Positions 28,221 through 36,383 of a DNA stretch of 55,105 nt are shown here, piece by piece. Both the position numbers and the translations under genes were made by a program. Each line of letters starts with the position of its first letter. The first letter of the stretch is position 1. The notes beneath the pieces were generated by a model. The model made no database searches. It saw only the letters and a program-made list of their open reading frames with translations, and had not been told where the DNA came from. Origin of the DNA: a virus. The stretch lies in UHGV virus genome UHGV-0308106; one strand, 5' to 3'.

Positions 28221-28270
28221 TGATGTAAATAATAACATCACAAACGAATGATGTAAATGATTACATCATT
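28221..28270. promoter_or_regulatory. Two palindromic operators upstream of the TA-like operon
   Basis: TGATGTAAATAATAACATCA (28221-28240) and AATGATGTAAATGATTACATCATT (28247-28270). Confidence 0.55.
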
Positions 28271-28679
28271 GCGGGTAAGTTACCGATGGCATGAACGGTT
28301 CGCTGCTGGTGGCTCTCGATCTCCTGAAAGCTCAGGATATTGCCGGGCATGATTTTAATCGGCGGACTTTTCGGCCGATTGAATACGGGCAGTTCGCTCC
28401 CTGTGTATCGGCTTCGTTTCTGGATGATTCGCGTTTCGTTTCTGGTGAATTCGCATTCGCAATTTGTCCGCGAAGCCTTATCAGGCCTGATTTGAGCGGT
28501 GCTCTCTCTTTGCGAATTCGCAGTTCCATTTCGCACTTTGATTCGCAGTTTTCAAATGTTCCCATTCCGGGGACACGGACGATTAGACAGGTGTTACAAA
28601 CGTTGGTGGTGAAATATCTTCTTGCGCTGGCGGGCACGGTGTGGTTATGATTATTTCGCACCTCACAAAACGGGTGCCG

Positions 28680-28905
28680 GGCGTGAGAACCCGGATAAGG
28701 TCAAAGGCGACAACAGACGCCTATCGCGTCTTTTTTTTGTCGCAATGTCAGTACCCCCATATGTAGCGGCGCAGATCCGCGCACAGAATCAATGGTGGCT
28801 CTGGCAGGGCAGCTTTCGGGCTGGCCGGTTCCCTTTGACGCCGGTATTCTCACCCCTGTCAGTGTCACCACCCTTTAGAGCGTGAGAACTCAGGTGGTGG
28901 CTCCT
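28680..28905 (+). ncRNA. Candidate c4/CI-like antisense-RNA immunity region upstream of the icd-like gene
   Basis: TTCTCAC (28847-28853) and CACCACC (28866-28872) are complementary to GTGAGAA (28882-28888) and GGTGGTG (28893-28899), which lie just 5' of the icd ribosome-binding site. GCGTGAGAAC occurs twice (28681 and 28880). A terminator hairpin plus T8 lies at 28716-28738. Confidence 0.3.
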
Positions 28906-28931
28906 TAAATTAGTCAAAGGAGATCATCATC

Positions 28932-29129
28932 ATGATGACTATCCCTACCCTCGCTCAAACAAAATTCACCTGGCGCTTTCTCGCGCTGAATCGCCACGAT
29001 AAAAAAGCCAAACCTTGCCGTCTGTCCGTTGAGGCTGCGACCGAACGCGAAGCCCGCCGCATCCTTGCGCCGCACTTTATTTTGTCTCTGGCCGCACGTC
29101 TGCCAGTGCCGGAGGTGCGTCATGTTTAA
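28932..29129 (+). CDS. Icd-like cell-division inhibitor family protein
   Basis: FLALNRHDKKAKPCRLSVEAATEREARRILAPHFILSLAARLPV. AAGGAG ribosome-binding site. Confidence 0.65.
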   Translation: MMTIPTLAQTKFTWRFLALNRHDKKAKPCRLSVEAATEREARRILAPHFILSLAARLPVPEVRHV

Positions 29130-30000
29130 CCTCCAGACACTGACAGCTAAAGCCCGTGAGCTGCGCGGCAACGTCGTTAAAGCGGCGAGCACAAAGGGAA
29201 GTCGCACCATGACTCCTGTCTATGACCGTGACGAGCAGCGCAAGCTACGCGAGCGCATCCAGCAGACACAGCCCGATTGGGTGTTGCTCTGGTGGGATAT
29301 TGCGACCGTAACCGGCTGGCGTACCAGCGACGTTTGCAACCTGCGCTATTCCTGCGTCAATTGGGAAACGGGGCAGGCGACAATTATCGTTGCCAAGCAG
29401 ACCAAAGCCGCCGAAGCGCGGGCAACCCGCAAAGGTATTGAAATTGTGCGCCAGCAGCGCAAGGACGCCGCGCGGCTCGCCGCTGACCATATCGCCTACA
29501 TGAAGTGGGATAGTATCGGTTGTGACGAACTGGCCGCCGATATGAACGACGAGGAACAGGCGATTGTGTTCGGGCTGGTGGCAAAGGCTGACGTCAAGCA
29601 CGACACCAAACAGTTACCGCCCGGCATTATCAAGCGGCTGCGTGACCGTCAGGATCGGAATCTGGTGGAGGACGACCTGGTATTTTCACGCTCTCAAATC
29701 GAAAGTAACCGTTGTCAACGTCTGGAAGGTAGCGTTACTCGCCAAACCATCTGGCGCAAACTTCATGGCGTCATGGCGTGGTTTACCCGTTTCATTAACG
29801 CTAAATTGCGCCTGAGCGCGTACTCAAGCCGAAAAATAGCAGCCTTTAATCTTATGTCCGCAGGTGGCGAACAGGGATTATTGGTGGCTTCTGAAATGCT
29901 GGGGCATAGCAACCCGGCGATAACTCGCACTTACCTTCAATTAGGCAGCAAAGCCGCCGCTATCCAGTCCCGTTTAGCAATGGAGGTGTGCCATGCGTAA
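29122..30000 (+). CDS. Tyrosine-recombinase-fold protein (atypical)
   Basis: TGWRTSD (R), YSSRK in place of HxxR, and LGHSNPAITRTYLQ (H..Y). GGAGGTG ribosome-binding site. Confidence 0.6.
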   Translation: MFNLQTLTAKARELRGNVVKAASTKGSRTMTPVYDRDEQRKLRERIQQTQPDWVLLWWDIATVTGWRTSDVCNLRYSCVNWETGQATIIVAKQTKAAEARATRKGIEIVRQQRKDAARLAADHIAYMKWDSIGCDELAADMNDEEQAIVFGLVAKADVKHDTKQLPPGIIKRLRDRQDRNLVEDDLVFSRSQIESNRCQRLEGSVTRQTIWRKLHGVMAWFTRFINAKLRLSAYSSRKIAAFNLMSAGGEQGLLVASEMLGHSNPAITRTYLQLGSKAAAIQSRLAMEVCHA

Positions 30001-30172
30001 TCTCTTTCATATCACTGGCTACGCCGTCAATAAACGCGGCCTGACAGTCGGTTTTAGCTATCTCATCGACGCCGAGGACGCCATGCAGGCAAAAGTTAAT
30101 GCCATTGCTGAGGCGAAAGACGATGAACTCACCCACGTATCTATTGCCCGTATTCTGGAGGTGGCAGCATGA
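29993..30172 (+). CDS. Hypothetical 59-aa protein
   Basis: Hand-translated, beginning MRNLFHITGYAVNKRG. GGAGG ribosome-binding site. ATGA overlap with the next gene. Confidence 0.55.
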   Translation: MRNLFHITGYAVNKRGLTVGFSYLIDAEDAMQAKVNAIAEAKDDELTHVSIARILEVAA

Positions 30173-30381
30173 GCAAAGTATCCCTGGCCGATTCAACCTG
30201 CCGTATCCAACAGGCGCAGGAAGTCCTGTCTCTCTGGCTTGAGGCGACGAATAAAAACGATAGCGGCACGGCTAAATTAATCGGCGCAATCATTTCCCTT
30301 CTGGATGGTATCCCCGAATTGATGGATTCAGTAGAGGATGAATTGGCTGGCATGGACTTAAAAGCGATGGATAAAGCATGA
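30169..30381 (+). CDS. Hypothetical 70-aa protein
   Basis: Translationally coupled ORF. Confidence 0.6.
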   Translation: MSKVSLADSTCRIQQAQEVLSLWLEATNKNDSGTAKLIGAIISLLDGIPELMDSVEDELAGMDLKAMDKA

Positions 30382-31004
30382 GCAACGTAGAGAAATTCAC
30401 ACCGGGAAATGCCGACTTATTACACGCCGAAGCCACACCGCACGGCGTAAACATCATGACCCGCAATGATGCCGGGATGTATGAGCATGTAGCCATTATC
30501 ACCTATGAGAGCGCTGTAAGCCGTCTGGATGCGGGAGAGTACGACGATACGCCAGATATCGGCTACGCCATTCATTTTGCCGTTGCTGATGGCGGGGCGC
30601 GTGGCTGGTTCGACTTTACCGCGCAGCATGAAGTAACCATGTGGCGCTGGCTGATTGCTGCGACGTTCGTTTCTGAGATGAAGCGCGAAAACGGCACAAC
30701 CTCCGTCACGGAGGCTGACGGCACAACATCGCAGGTGGCGATTTACTCCAATGGTAATGCGGGCATGGTGATTTACCCGTTTGCTGAACGGCTGGCGATG
30801 GCGAACAACATCGAGGGCGCAATGATTGAGCGATACGGCGTCGAACAGGGTACGGAAAAAGCCATTGTGTTTTATCAGGCCATGCTGGATACGGAGCGCG
30901 GCGAGCTTACCCCGTTCGGACGTGAAACGCTGGCAGAGCTACACGATCACTTCATTGCTGATCTGGATGAAAACGGCTGGCCTGAAATGCCAGCGGCGCA
31001 CTGA
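30378..31004 (+). CDS. Hypothetical 208-aa protein
   Basis: Coupled ORF upstream of the primase gene. Confidence 0.65.
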   Translation: MSNVEKFTPGNADLLHAEATPHGVNIMTRNDAGMYEHVAIITYESAVSRLDAGEYDDTPDIGYAIHFAVADGGARGWFDFTAQHEVTMWRWLIAATFVSEMKRENGTTSVTEADGTTSQVAIYSNGNAGMVIYPFAERLAMANNIEGAMIERYGVEQGTEKAIVFYQAMLDTERGELTPFGRETLAELHDHFIADLDENGWPEMPAAH

Positions 31005-31016
31005 GGGAGCGACACA

Positions 31017-33797
31017 ATGCGTAATATCGACCTTATCCGCGAAGTGACCAGCGCCGCAGCAGGGCGCTGGCCTTATGTGCTGGCTGGGTTGTCTATCGAC
31101 GTGCCTGATTCATCGCGCCGCCATTCTCCATGCCCTGCATGTGGTGGAAAAGACCGTTTCAGATTCGACGACAACGGGCGCGGTAGCTTTATCTGCAACC
31201 AGTGTGGCGCTGGTGACGGGCTGGATTTAATCAAGCGGGTTAACAACTGCGACACTACGGAGGCGGCACAGCTTGCCGCTGACGTGCTGGGTATTGATTA
31301 CCGGGCAGCGCAATCCGACCCGGTGGCAGCGAGCCATATAAGGGAGCAACTGGAAGCTGACCGCCAGCAGCGTGAGCAGGAGCGCCAGAAACAGGCAGCA
31401 GGGGACGCAGAGCAGCGAAGGGCTACGTTTGCCCGTCTGTATGCCGGAATGCGCCAGAGTGCCACACAGGGCGAATCTGATTACCTGCAATCAAAAGGGC
31501 TGACCGGGTTTAACTATCCGGTTATGCCTGATGGTTCGTTATTGCTGGAGCTGGTGGACGAATCCGGCGCAGTGGCAGCAGCGCAAACCATTACACCGCA
31601 GGGAGAGAAGCGACTCCTGACAGGTTCAGCAAAGCGCGGGGCATATCACGCCGTAAACGCGCCAGAATCGCCGCAGAGCGTTTTAATTGCCGAGGGGCTG
31701 GCGACGGCCCTTTCAGTTCACCTGATGCGCCCGGACGCGCTGGCAGTGGCAGCAATTGACGCGGGCAACCTGCTACCCGTTGCCGAAGTGATGCGCCGGA
31801 AGTACCCACAGGCACAAATCATCATTGCCGCAGATAACGACCAGATGGGCGAAAGTGACGGAATTAAAGGAGTGAAAGTTAACACTGGCAAGGAGGCCGC
31901 AGAGAAAGCCGCGAAAGCCGTTTCTGGCTGGGTTTCCATGCCACCAGTGGACTATAAAGCGGACTGGAACGACTACCACCAGCAATACGGCCTCGAAGCG
32001 GCCACAGCAGCATTTAACGACTCAATGTATCAACCGGAGGGTAAGAAAGTGGGTGCGACACTGACAGCTATCGACGGCGGCAAGAAAAAACTTGGTATCG
32101 ACGACGATCTGAAACCGCGAGTAGAGAGCCGTGCGGATGGCATTCACTGGATCACCCCGAAAGTGGACAAAGACACAGGAGAAATTATCAATACCGAGGC
32201 GTGGCTATGCTCTCCGCTGGAGATTGCTGGTGCGGGGAGTGATAACGCCAGACAGCGCTTTCTGATCCTGCGTTGGGACGTCCCCGGCAACCGGGGGCAA
32301 GTTACCCGTGCGCTTCCATGGGAGGACATTGGCGACCGTGAGGGATGGCGCACGCTGAAAAACGGCGGTGTCAGTGTGACAACCAAACCATCGTTGCGGG
32401 CAATTCTGGCCGACTGGCTGCAGCGAACTGGTAGCGGCAAGGAATGGCAGATCAGCCACACCACAGGCTGGCACAACGGGGCGTACATCATGCCGGATGG
32501 TGATGTTATTGGTGAGCCAGAGATACCGCTGTTATTCAGTGGTCGGAGTGCGGCGGCTGGTGGCTATACCGTCAGTGGAACGCCGGAAAGCTGGCGTGAT
32601 TCGGTGGCGCGTCTTGCGCTGGGAAACCCGTCAATGATGCTGGGCGTTGCTGCTGCGCTTTCTGCGCCGCTGATCGGGCTTGTTGGCGCTGACGGGTTCG
32701 GCGTGCATCTTTTCGAGCAGTCCAGCGCAGGGAAGACAACCACCGCCAACATTGCCAGCAGTTTATACGGTGAACCGGATGCCTTGCGCCTTACCTGGTA
32801 CGGTACAGCGCTGGGTATCGCCAACGAAGCGGAAGCGCATAACGACAGCCTGTTACCGCTGGATGAAGTGGGGCAGGGCAGTAGCGCCAAAGACGTTGCT
32901 ACGTCTGCTTACACGCTGTTTAACGGTGCCGGAAAGCTACAGGGGGCCAAGGAGGGCGGCAACCGTGAGTTAAAGCGCTGGCGCACCGTGGCGATCAGTA
33001 CCGGGGAAATGGACATTGAGACGTTTCTTTCTGCTGGTGGGCTGAAAGTTAAGGCCGGGCAACTGGTGCGATTGCTTAATTTACCGATGGAGAAATCAGT
33101 AACGCACCATGAGTACCAGAACGGGAAGCAACACGCCGACGCACTCAAAGAGGCTTACCAGACGAACCACGGAGCCGCAGGCCGTGAATGGATTAAATGG
33201 CTTGCAGGCCACCAGCAGGAGGCAAAACAAGCTGTCAGGGCGGCGCAAGAGCGCTGGCGCAGTCTTATCCCCGCTGATTATGGCGAACAGGTTCATCGTG
33301 TCGGTGAGCGGTTCGCCATTCTGGAGGCGGCGCTGGTGCTGGGGATGCCTGTCACTGGTTGGGGGGAGCAGGAAAGTCGGGACGCTATCCAGCATGGCTT
33401 TAATGCTTGGGTAAAAGAGTTTGGCACGGGGAACCGTGAGCATAAGCAGATCATCGAGCAGGCAGAGGCGTTTCTTAATGCCTACGGCATGAGCCGTTTC
33501 GCGCCGTTCCCGTATAGCCCGGCTGACATGCCGATCCGGGATTTAGCCGGATACCGTCAGAAAGGTGAGCATGACGAAAGCCCCGTAGTGTTCTACACCT
33601 TTCCGGCTGCGTTCGAAAAGGAGATAGCGCAGGGCTTTAATGCGAAACAGTTTGCCCGTGTGCTGGCCGGGGCTGGGGTACTGAAACCGCCAGCCAGCGG
33701 AAGGGGATATCAGCGTAAATCCCCGCGAATTGATGGACGCCAGATAAACGTTTATGTGCTCCAGCTACGACCCGACGAGATAGAGGGCGAAGAATAA
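31017..33797 (+). CDS. Primase-helicase (P4 alpha-like): zinc ribbon, Toprim and P-loop helicase
   Basis: CPACGGKDRFRFDD..CNQCG; LIAEGLATALS..AADND; Walker A SSAGKTT. Confidence 0.9.
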   Translation: MRNIDLIREVTSAAAGRWPYVLAGLSIDVPDSSRRHSPCPACGGKDRFRFDDNGRGSFICNQCGAGDGLDLIKRVNNCDTTEAAQLAADVLGIDYRAAQSDPVAASHIREQLEADRQQREQERQKQAAGDAEQRRATFARLYAGMRQSATQGESDYLQSKGLTGFNYPVMPDGSLLLELVDESGAVAAAQTITPQGEKRLLTGSAKRGAYHAVNAPESPQSVLIAEGLATALSVHLMRPDALAVAAIDAGNLLPVAEVMRRKYPQAQIIIAADNDQMGESDGIKGVKVNTGKEAAEKAAKAVSGWVSMPPVDYKADWNDYHQQYGLEAATAAFNDSMYQPEGKKVGATLTAIDGGKKKLGIDDDLKPRVESRADGIHWITPKVDKDTGEIINTEAWLCSPLEIAGAGSDNARQRFLILRWDVPGNRGQVTRALPWEDIGDREGWRTLKNGGVSVTTKPSLRAILADWLQRTGSGKEWQISHTTGWHNGAYIMPDGDVIGEPEIPLLFSGRSAAAGGYTVSGTPESWRDSVARLALGNPSMMLGVAAALSAPLIGLVGADGFGVHLFEQSSAGKTTTANIASSLYGEPDALRLTWYGTALGIANEAEAHNDSLLPLDEVGQGSSAKDVATSAYTLFNGAGKLQGAKEGGNRELKRWRTVAISTGEMDIETFLSAGGLKVKAGQLVRLLNLPMEKSVTHHEYQNGKQHADALKEAYQTNHGAAGREWIKWLAGHQQEAKQAVRAAQERWRSLIPADYGEQVHRVGERFAILEAALVLGMPVTGWGEQESRDAIQHGFNAWVKEFGTGNREHKQIIEQAEAFLNAYGMSRFAPFPYSPADMPIRDLAGYRQKGEHDESPVVFYTFPAAFEKEIAQGFNAKQFARVLAGAGVLKPPASGRGYQRKSPRIDGRQINVYVLQLRPDEIEGEE

Positions 33798-33821
33798 AAC
33801 ACACATACGAGATGTTTTTTT

Positions 33822-34114
33822 GTTGGTTCAGTTGGTTCAGTAACTATTTAATTAAGATAAGTATATGTATTTAATATATTTCTATACCCATAAGTGAACC
33901 AACACTGAACCAACAAATACCCATTTTGAACCAACAAATGCCGCTATTGAACCAACGCCCTTTTCTGGCTGGCCTGTAAATCTTTCCCACTGAACCAACA
34001 CGAAAATAGCGTTTGTTGGTTCAAAACAAGGCTTTGTTGGTTCACTCCTCAAGAAATAATCCTTACAAAACAACAATCTTTACAAATTGAACCAACTGAA
34101 CCAACTGAACCAAC
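33822..34114. repeat. Satellite replication origin: 12 copies of TGAACCAAC plus an AT-rich tract
   Basis: Forward copies at 33895, 33906, 33927, 33948, 33991, 34088, 34097 and 34106. Inverted copies at 33822, 33831, 34015 and 34036. AT-rich tract at 33841-33890. Confidence 0.8.
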
Positions 34115-34221
34115 ATGTTTTTGTTTATCTATAGAGTTTTTTCGGAGAGTAATTACGAATTTGGAGGGGCATCGCCTAAGCGACAGTATGCGGAAACGGC
34201 AACTTTGCGGAGCGGAAAAGA

Positions 34222-34252
34222 AAAAGCCCGCGCTGGAGAGGCGAGGGCTTTT
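34222..34252 (+). terminator. Rho-independent terminator
   Basis: AAAGCCC...GGGCTTT followed by a T-rich tail. Confidence 0.6.
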
Positions 34253-34397
34253 GTTAACCATGTTTATGCAATCACACAATGGTGGATCACCGTCATAGTA
34301 CCACGTCGATTTATCATTTCAATGTACGCAATGATGTTTACTAATATTGCAATTTATGCAATGATCAGAATTTAAACAACGCAAAAGGTTATGAACA

Positions 34398-34961
34398 ATG
34401 AAACAGATAACCAATGTTAATCTGGAAAGTGATAACGCTGGTGGTACAGTCGAGGTGACTTACTCCGATGATACGTTCGAAAGGCTGACCTGTTCGCTGC
34501 CTGTGGCTCTCGTCATTGCGAACCTTGCAACGACGCTTAAGCAGGAACGTGCAACACGCATTGCAACCGGCGACCGCCTGCGCCGGATGTATACCCGCGA
34601 TAGTGACATGATTACCCGCAGCGGCAGCGGCGCTTCTACGACCTCCACCGCGCCAACGTCAATGGACGCTGAATTTATGCGCCTGGTACGCGCTGTAGCA
34701 CCAAAGTATGACAACGCCCTTCCTGATACCGATCCTCGCCTTGTTGCGCTTGATGTGCTGCGTTACGCACCCGCTGAGGCATTCAGTGCGGTACACCCGA
34801 CCCCGCTATCAGAGATTCAGCTTGATCAGGCTATCGACGTTCTGGAACAGGTTGGCGACTACATGCGAGTTAACAACGTTTCACCGAAGATTCTCACCAC
34901 AGGCGACGCCATTCGCAGCATTAACACCGACAACGCCAGTTTCTGGCATCGCACGAAGTAA
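34398..34961 (+). CDS. Satellite protein ending in a helper-scaffold-like tail (candidate alternative scaffold / capsid-size redirector)
   Basis: The C-terminus TTGDAIRSINTDNASFWHRTK parallels the helper scaffold TTGDAQRP..SLNKQNADFWSNRKG. Confidence 0.7.
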   Translation: MKQITNVNLESDNAGGTVEVTYSDDTFERLTCSLPVALVIANLATTLKQERATRIATGDRLRRMYTRDSDMITRSGSGASTTSTAPTSMDAEFMRLVRAVAPKYDNALPDTDPRLVALDVLRYAPAEAFSAVHPTPLSEIQLDQAIDVLEQVGDYMRVNNVSPKILTTGDAIRSINTDNASFWHRTK

Positions 34962-34973
34962 GGAGCAATGAGC

Positions 34974-35162
34974 ATGGCTATTTATGACCCGAAATTAGCA
35001 GCAGGAAACCCGCAAAGCGCCGGGCGTAAACTCTTTGGCCGTGAACAGGCCGAGCAATTGCGGATGCGTAACAACTTCAACAACGAATGCCGCAATCTGG
35101 AAAAAGTCAACGAAGCGAATGCAAAGTTCTGGAGTGAACAGGATGAAAAAGCCAAACGTTAA
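34974..35162 (+). CDS. Small protein carrying a second scaffold-tail-like motif
   Basis: ..LEKVNEANAKFWSEQDEKAKR. An AAGGAG lies 9 nt before the ATG at 34974. Confidence 0.55.
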   Translation: MAIYDPKLAAGNPQSAGRKLFGREQAEQLRMRNNFNNECRNLEKVNEANAKFWSEQDEKAKR

Positions 35163-35310
35163 GCCGGTATTACTCTCTGGCGACCAGTTCGCCGCAATCT
35201 GCAAGATCCAGGAGCGCGAACGCCAGCGCTCCGATATTGGCGTAGCGCCGTCTGTCCATCAAATTGCCCGTGGGCTGGTGGCGAAAGCGCTGGCATCAAT
35301 TCAGGAATAA
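35143..35310 (+). CDS. Hypothetical 55-aa protein, possibly a small DNA-binding protein
   Basis: MKKPNVKPVLLSGDQFAAICKIQERER..SVHQIARGLVAKAL. The RHH-like reading is speculative. Confidence 0.45.
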   Translation: MKKPNVKPVLLSGDQFAAICKIQERERQRSDIGVAPSVHQIARGLVAKALASIQE

Positions 35311-35315
35311 CGACT

Positions 35316-36383
35316 ATGTCATATAACTGGATGCGCCATTTCGAGCTACAGCTCATCGATGAGAATGGCAAAGGAATTAGCCTTAGTGATTTCAAAGTTA
35401 CCTTTGATATAGAGCGTAACGATAACAAATGGCCAGCTGTTGCGACGGTCAAGATCTACAACCTTTCACCAACTACTCAGAACCGTATTATGCAACGTGA
35501 GTTTGCCAAAATTGTGTTGATAGCGGGGTATGATGGTCGTGCGCAGGATGTAAGGGCAAGTGATGTGGGGATTGCACGTGAAATATCAGCAAGCGAAGTG
35601 GGCCAGGCTAACGGCGCAAACTACGGAGTCATTTTCAGCGGTGATATCCGCTTCACTGTGACCGGAAAAGATAACCCTGTCGATTCATGGGTACAGGTGC
35701 AGGCTTGTGACTCTGTGGAGGCGTTTACCAGCGCATTTATCAACACCACTATCAGCAAAGGCTACACCACAGAAGATATTTATGTTGAGCTTATGAAAAG
35801 GCTGGAACCTTACGGCATTTCTCGCGGTATTGTTCCTGAATTCCCGGCAACGGTATTTCCTCGCGGTCGAGCCCTCTTTGGCTATGTCCATAACTATCTC
35901 GATGAAGTGGCCGCGCAGTGCAAAGCCACTTGGCAATTCAACTATGGAAAAGTCGATATTGTTCCCAGAGACAAGGCCACTCATGAAGCTGTGGTTCTCA
36001 ACGCTAATACCGGGCTTATCGGTATGCCTCAGCAGACCATCGGTGCGGGTGTGAATGTCAAATGCCTGATTAACTCACGGATTCACCTGAACGGGCTTAT
36101 CCAACTGGATCAGGCTTCGGTATATCGTAGCGCCTTATCTGCGGATCAAATTGCCCAAGCTGGTGGGCCAATTTCGGTGGAAAGCCAAAACGGAAACCTT
36201 GTCACTACTGGATTAACGCAGAGTCCGGCGAGCATTGCTACCGATGGTATCTATAAGGTTCGGTATATCAGTTACACGGGCGACACGCGCGGTCAAGCGT
36301 GGTATATGGATCTGGCGTGTGAGGCTCGCGGGAATTCTGATTTATTTTCAAGTTCATTTATGAATAAGCAGAGTGAAGAATGA
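35316..36383 (+). CDS. Baseplate hub protein, satellite paralog of 47472-48536
   Basis: Colinear over its full length with the helper protein (MSYNWMRHFELQL.. against MSLNWMRHFELQL..). Roughly 60% identical by eye. Confidence 0.8.
   Translation: MSYNWMRHFELQLIDENGKGISLSDFKVTFDIERNDNKWPAVATVKIYNLSPTTQNRIMQREFAKIVLIAGYDGRAQDVRASDVGIAREISASEVGQANGANYGVIFSGDIRFTVTGKDNPVDSWVQVQACDSVEAFTSAFINTTISKGYTTEDIYVELMKRLEPYGISRGIVPEFPATVFPRGRALFGYVHNYLDEVAAQCKATWQFNYGKVDIVPRDKATHEAVVLNANTGLIGMPQQTIGAGVNVKCLINSRIHLNGLIQLDQASVYRSALSADQIAQAGGPISVESQNGNLVTTGLTQSPASIATDGIYKVRYISYTGDTRGQAWYMDLACEARGNSDLFSSSFMNKQSEE

Noticed and set aside
28261-28885. ORFs of 87-119 aa on both strands in the satellite non-coding region
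   Set aside because: They overlap each other, have no ribosome-binding sites and have odd composition. The region reads better as promoters, operators and a structured RNA.
33822-34114. The TGAACCAAC repeat field could be mistaken for a CRISPR array
   Set aside because: The units are only 9 bp, occur in both orientations, and are irregularly spaced and partly tandem. They lie directly after a primase-helicase gene. This is iteron/origin architecture, not repeat-spacer structure.
34115-34375. 86-aa ORF starting inside the iteron triplet
   Set aside because: It begins within the ori repeats, spans a terminator hairpin and regulatory repeats, and has no ribosome-binding site.
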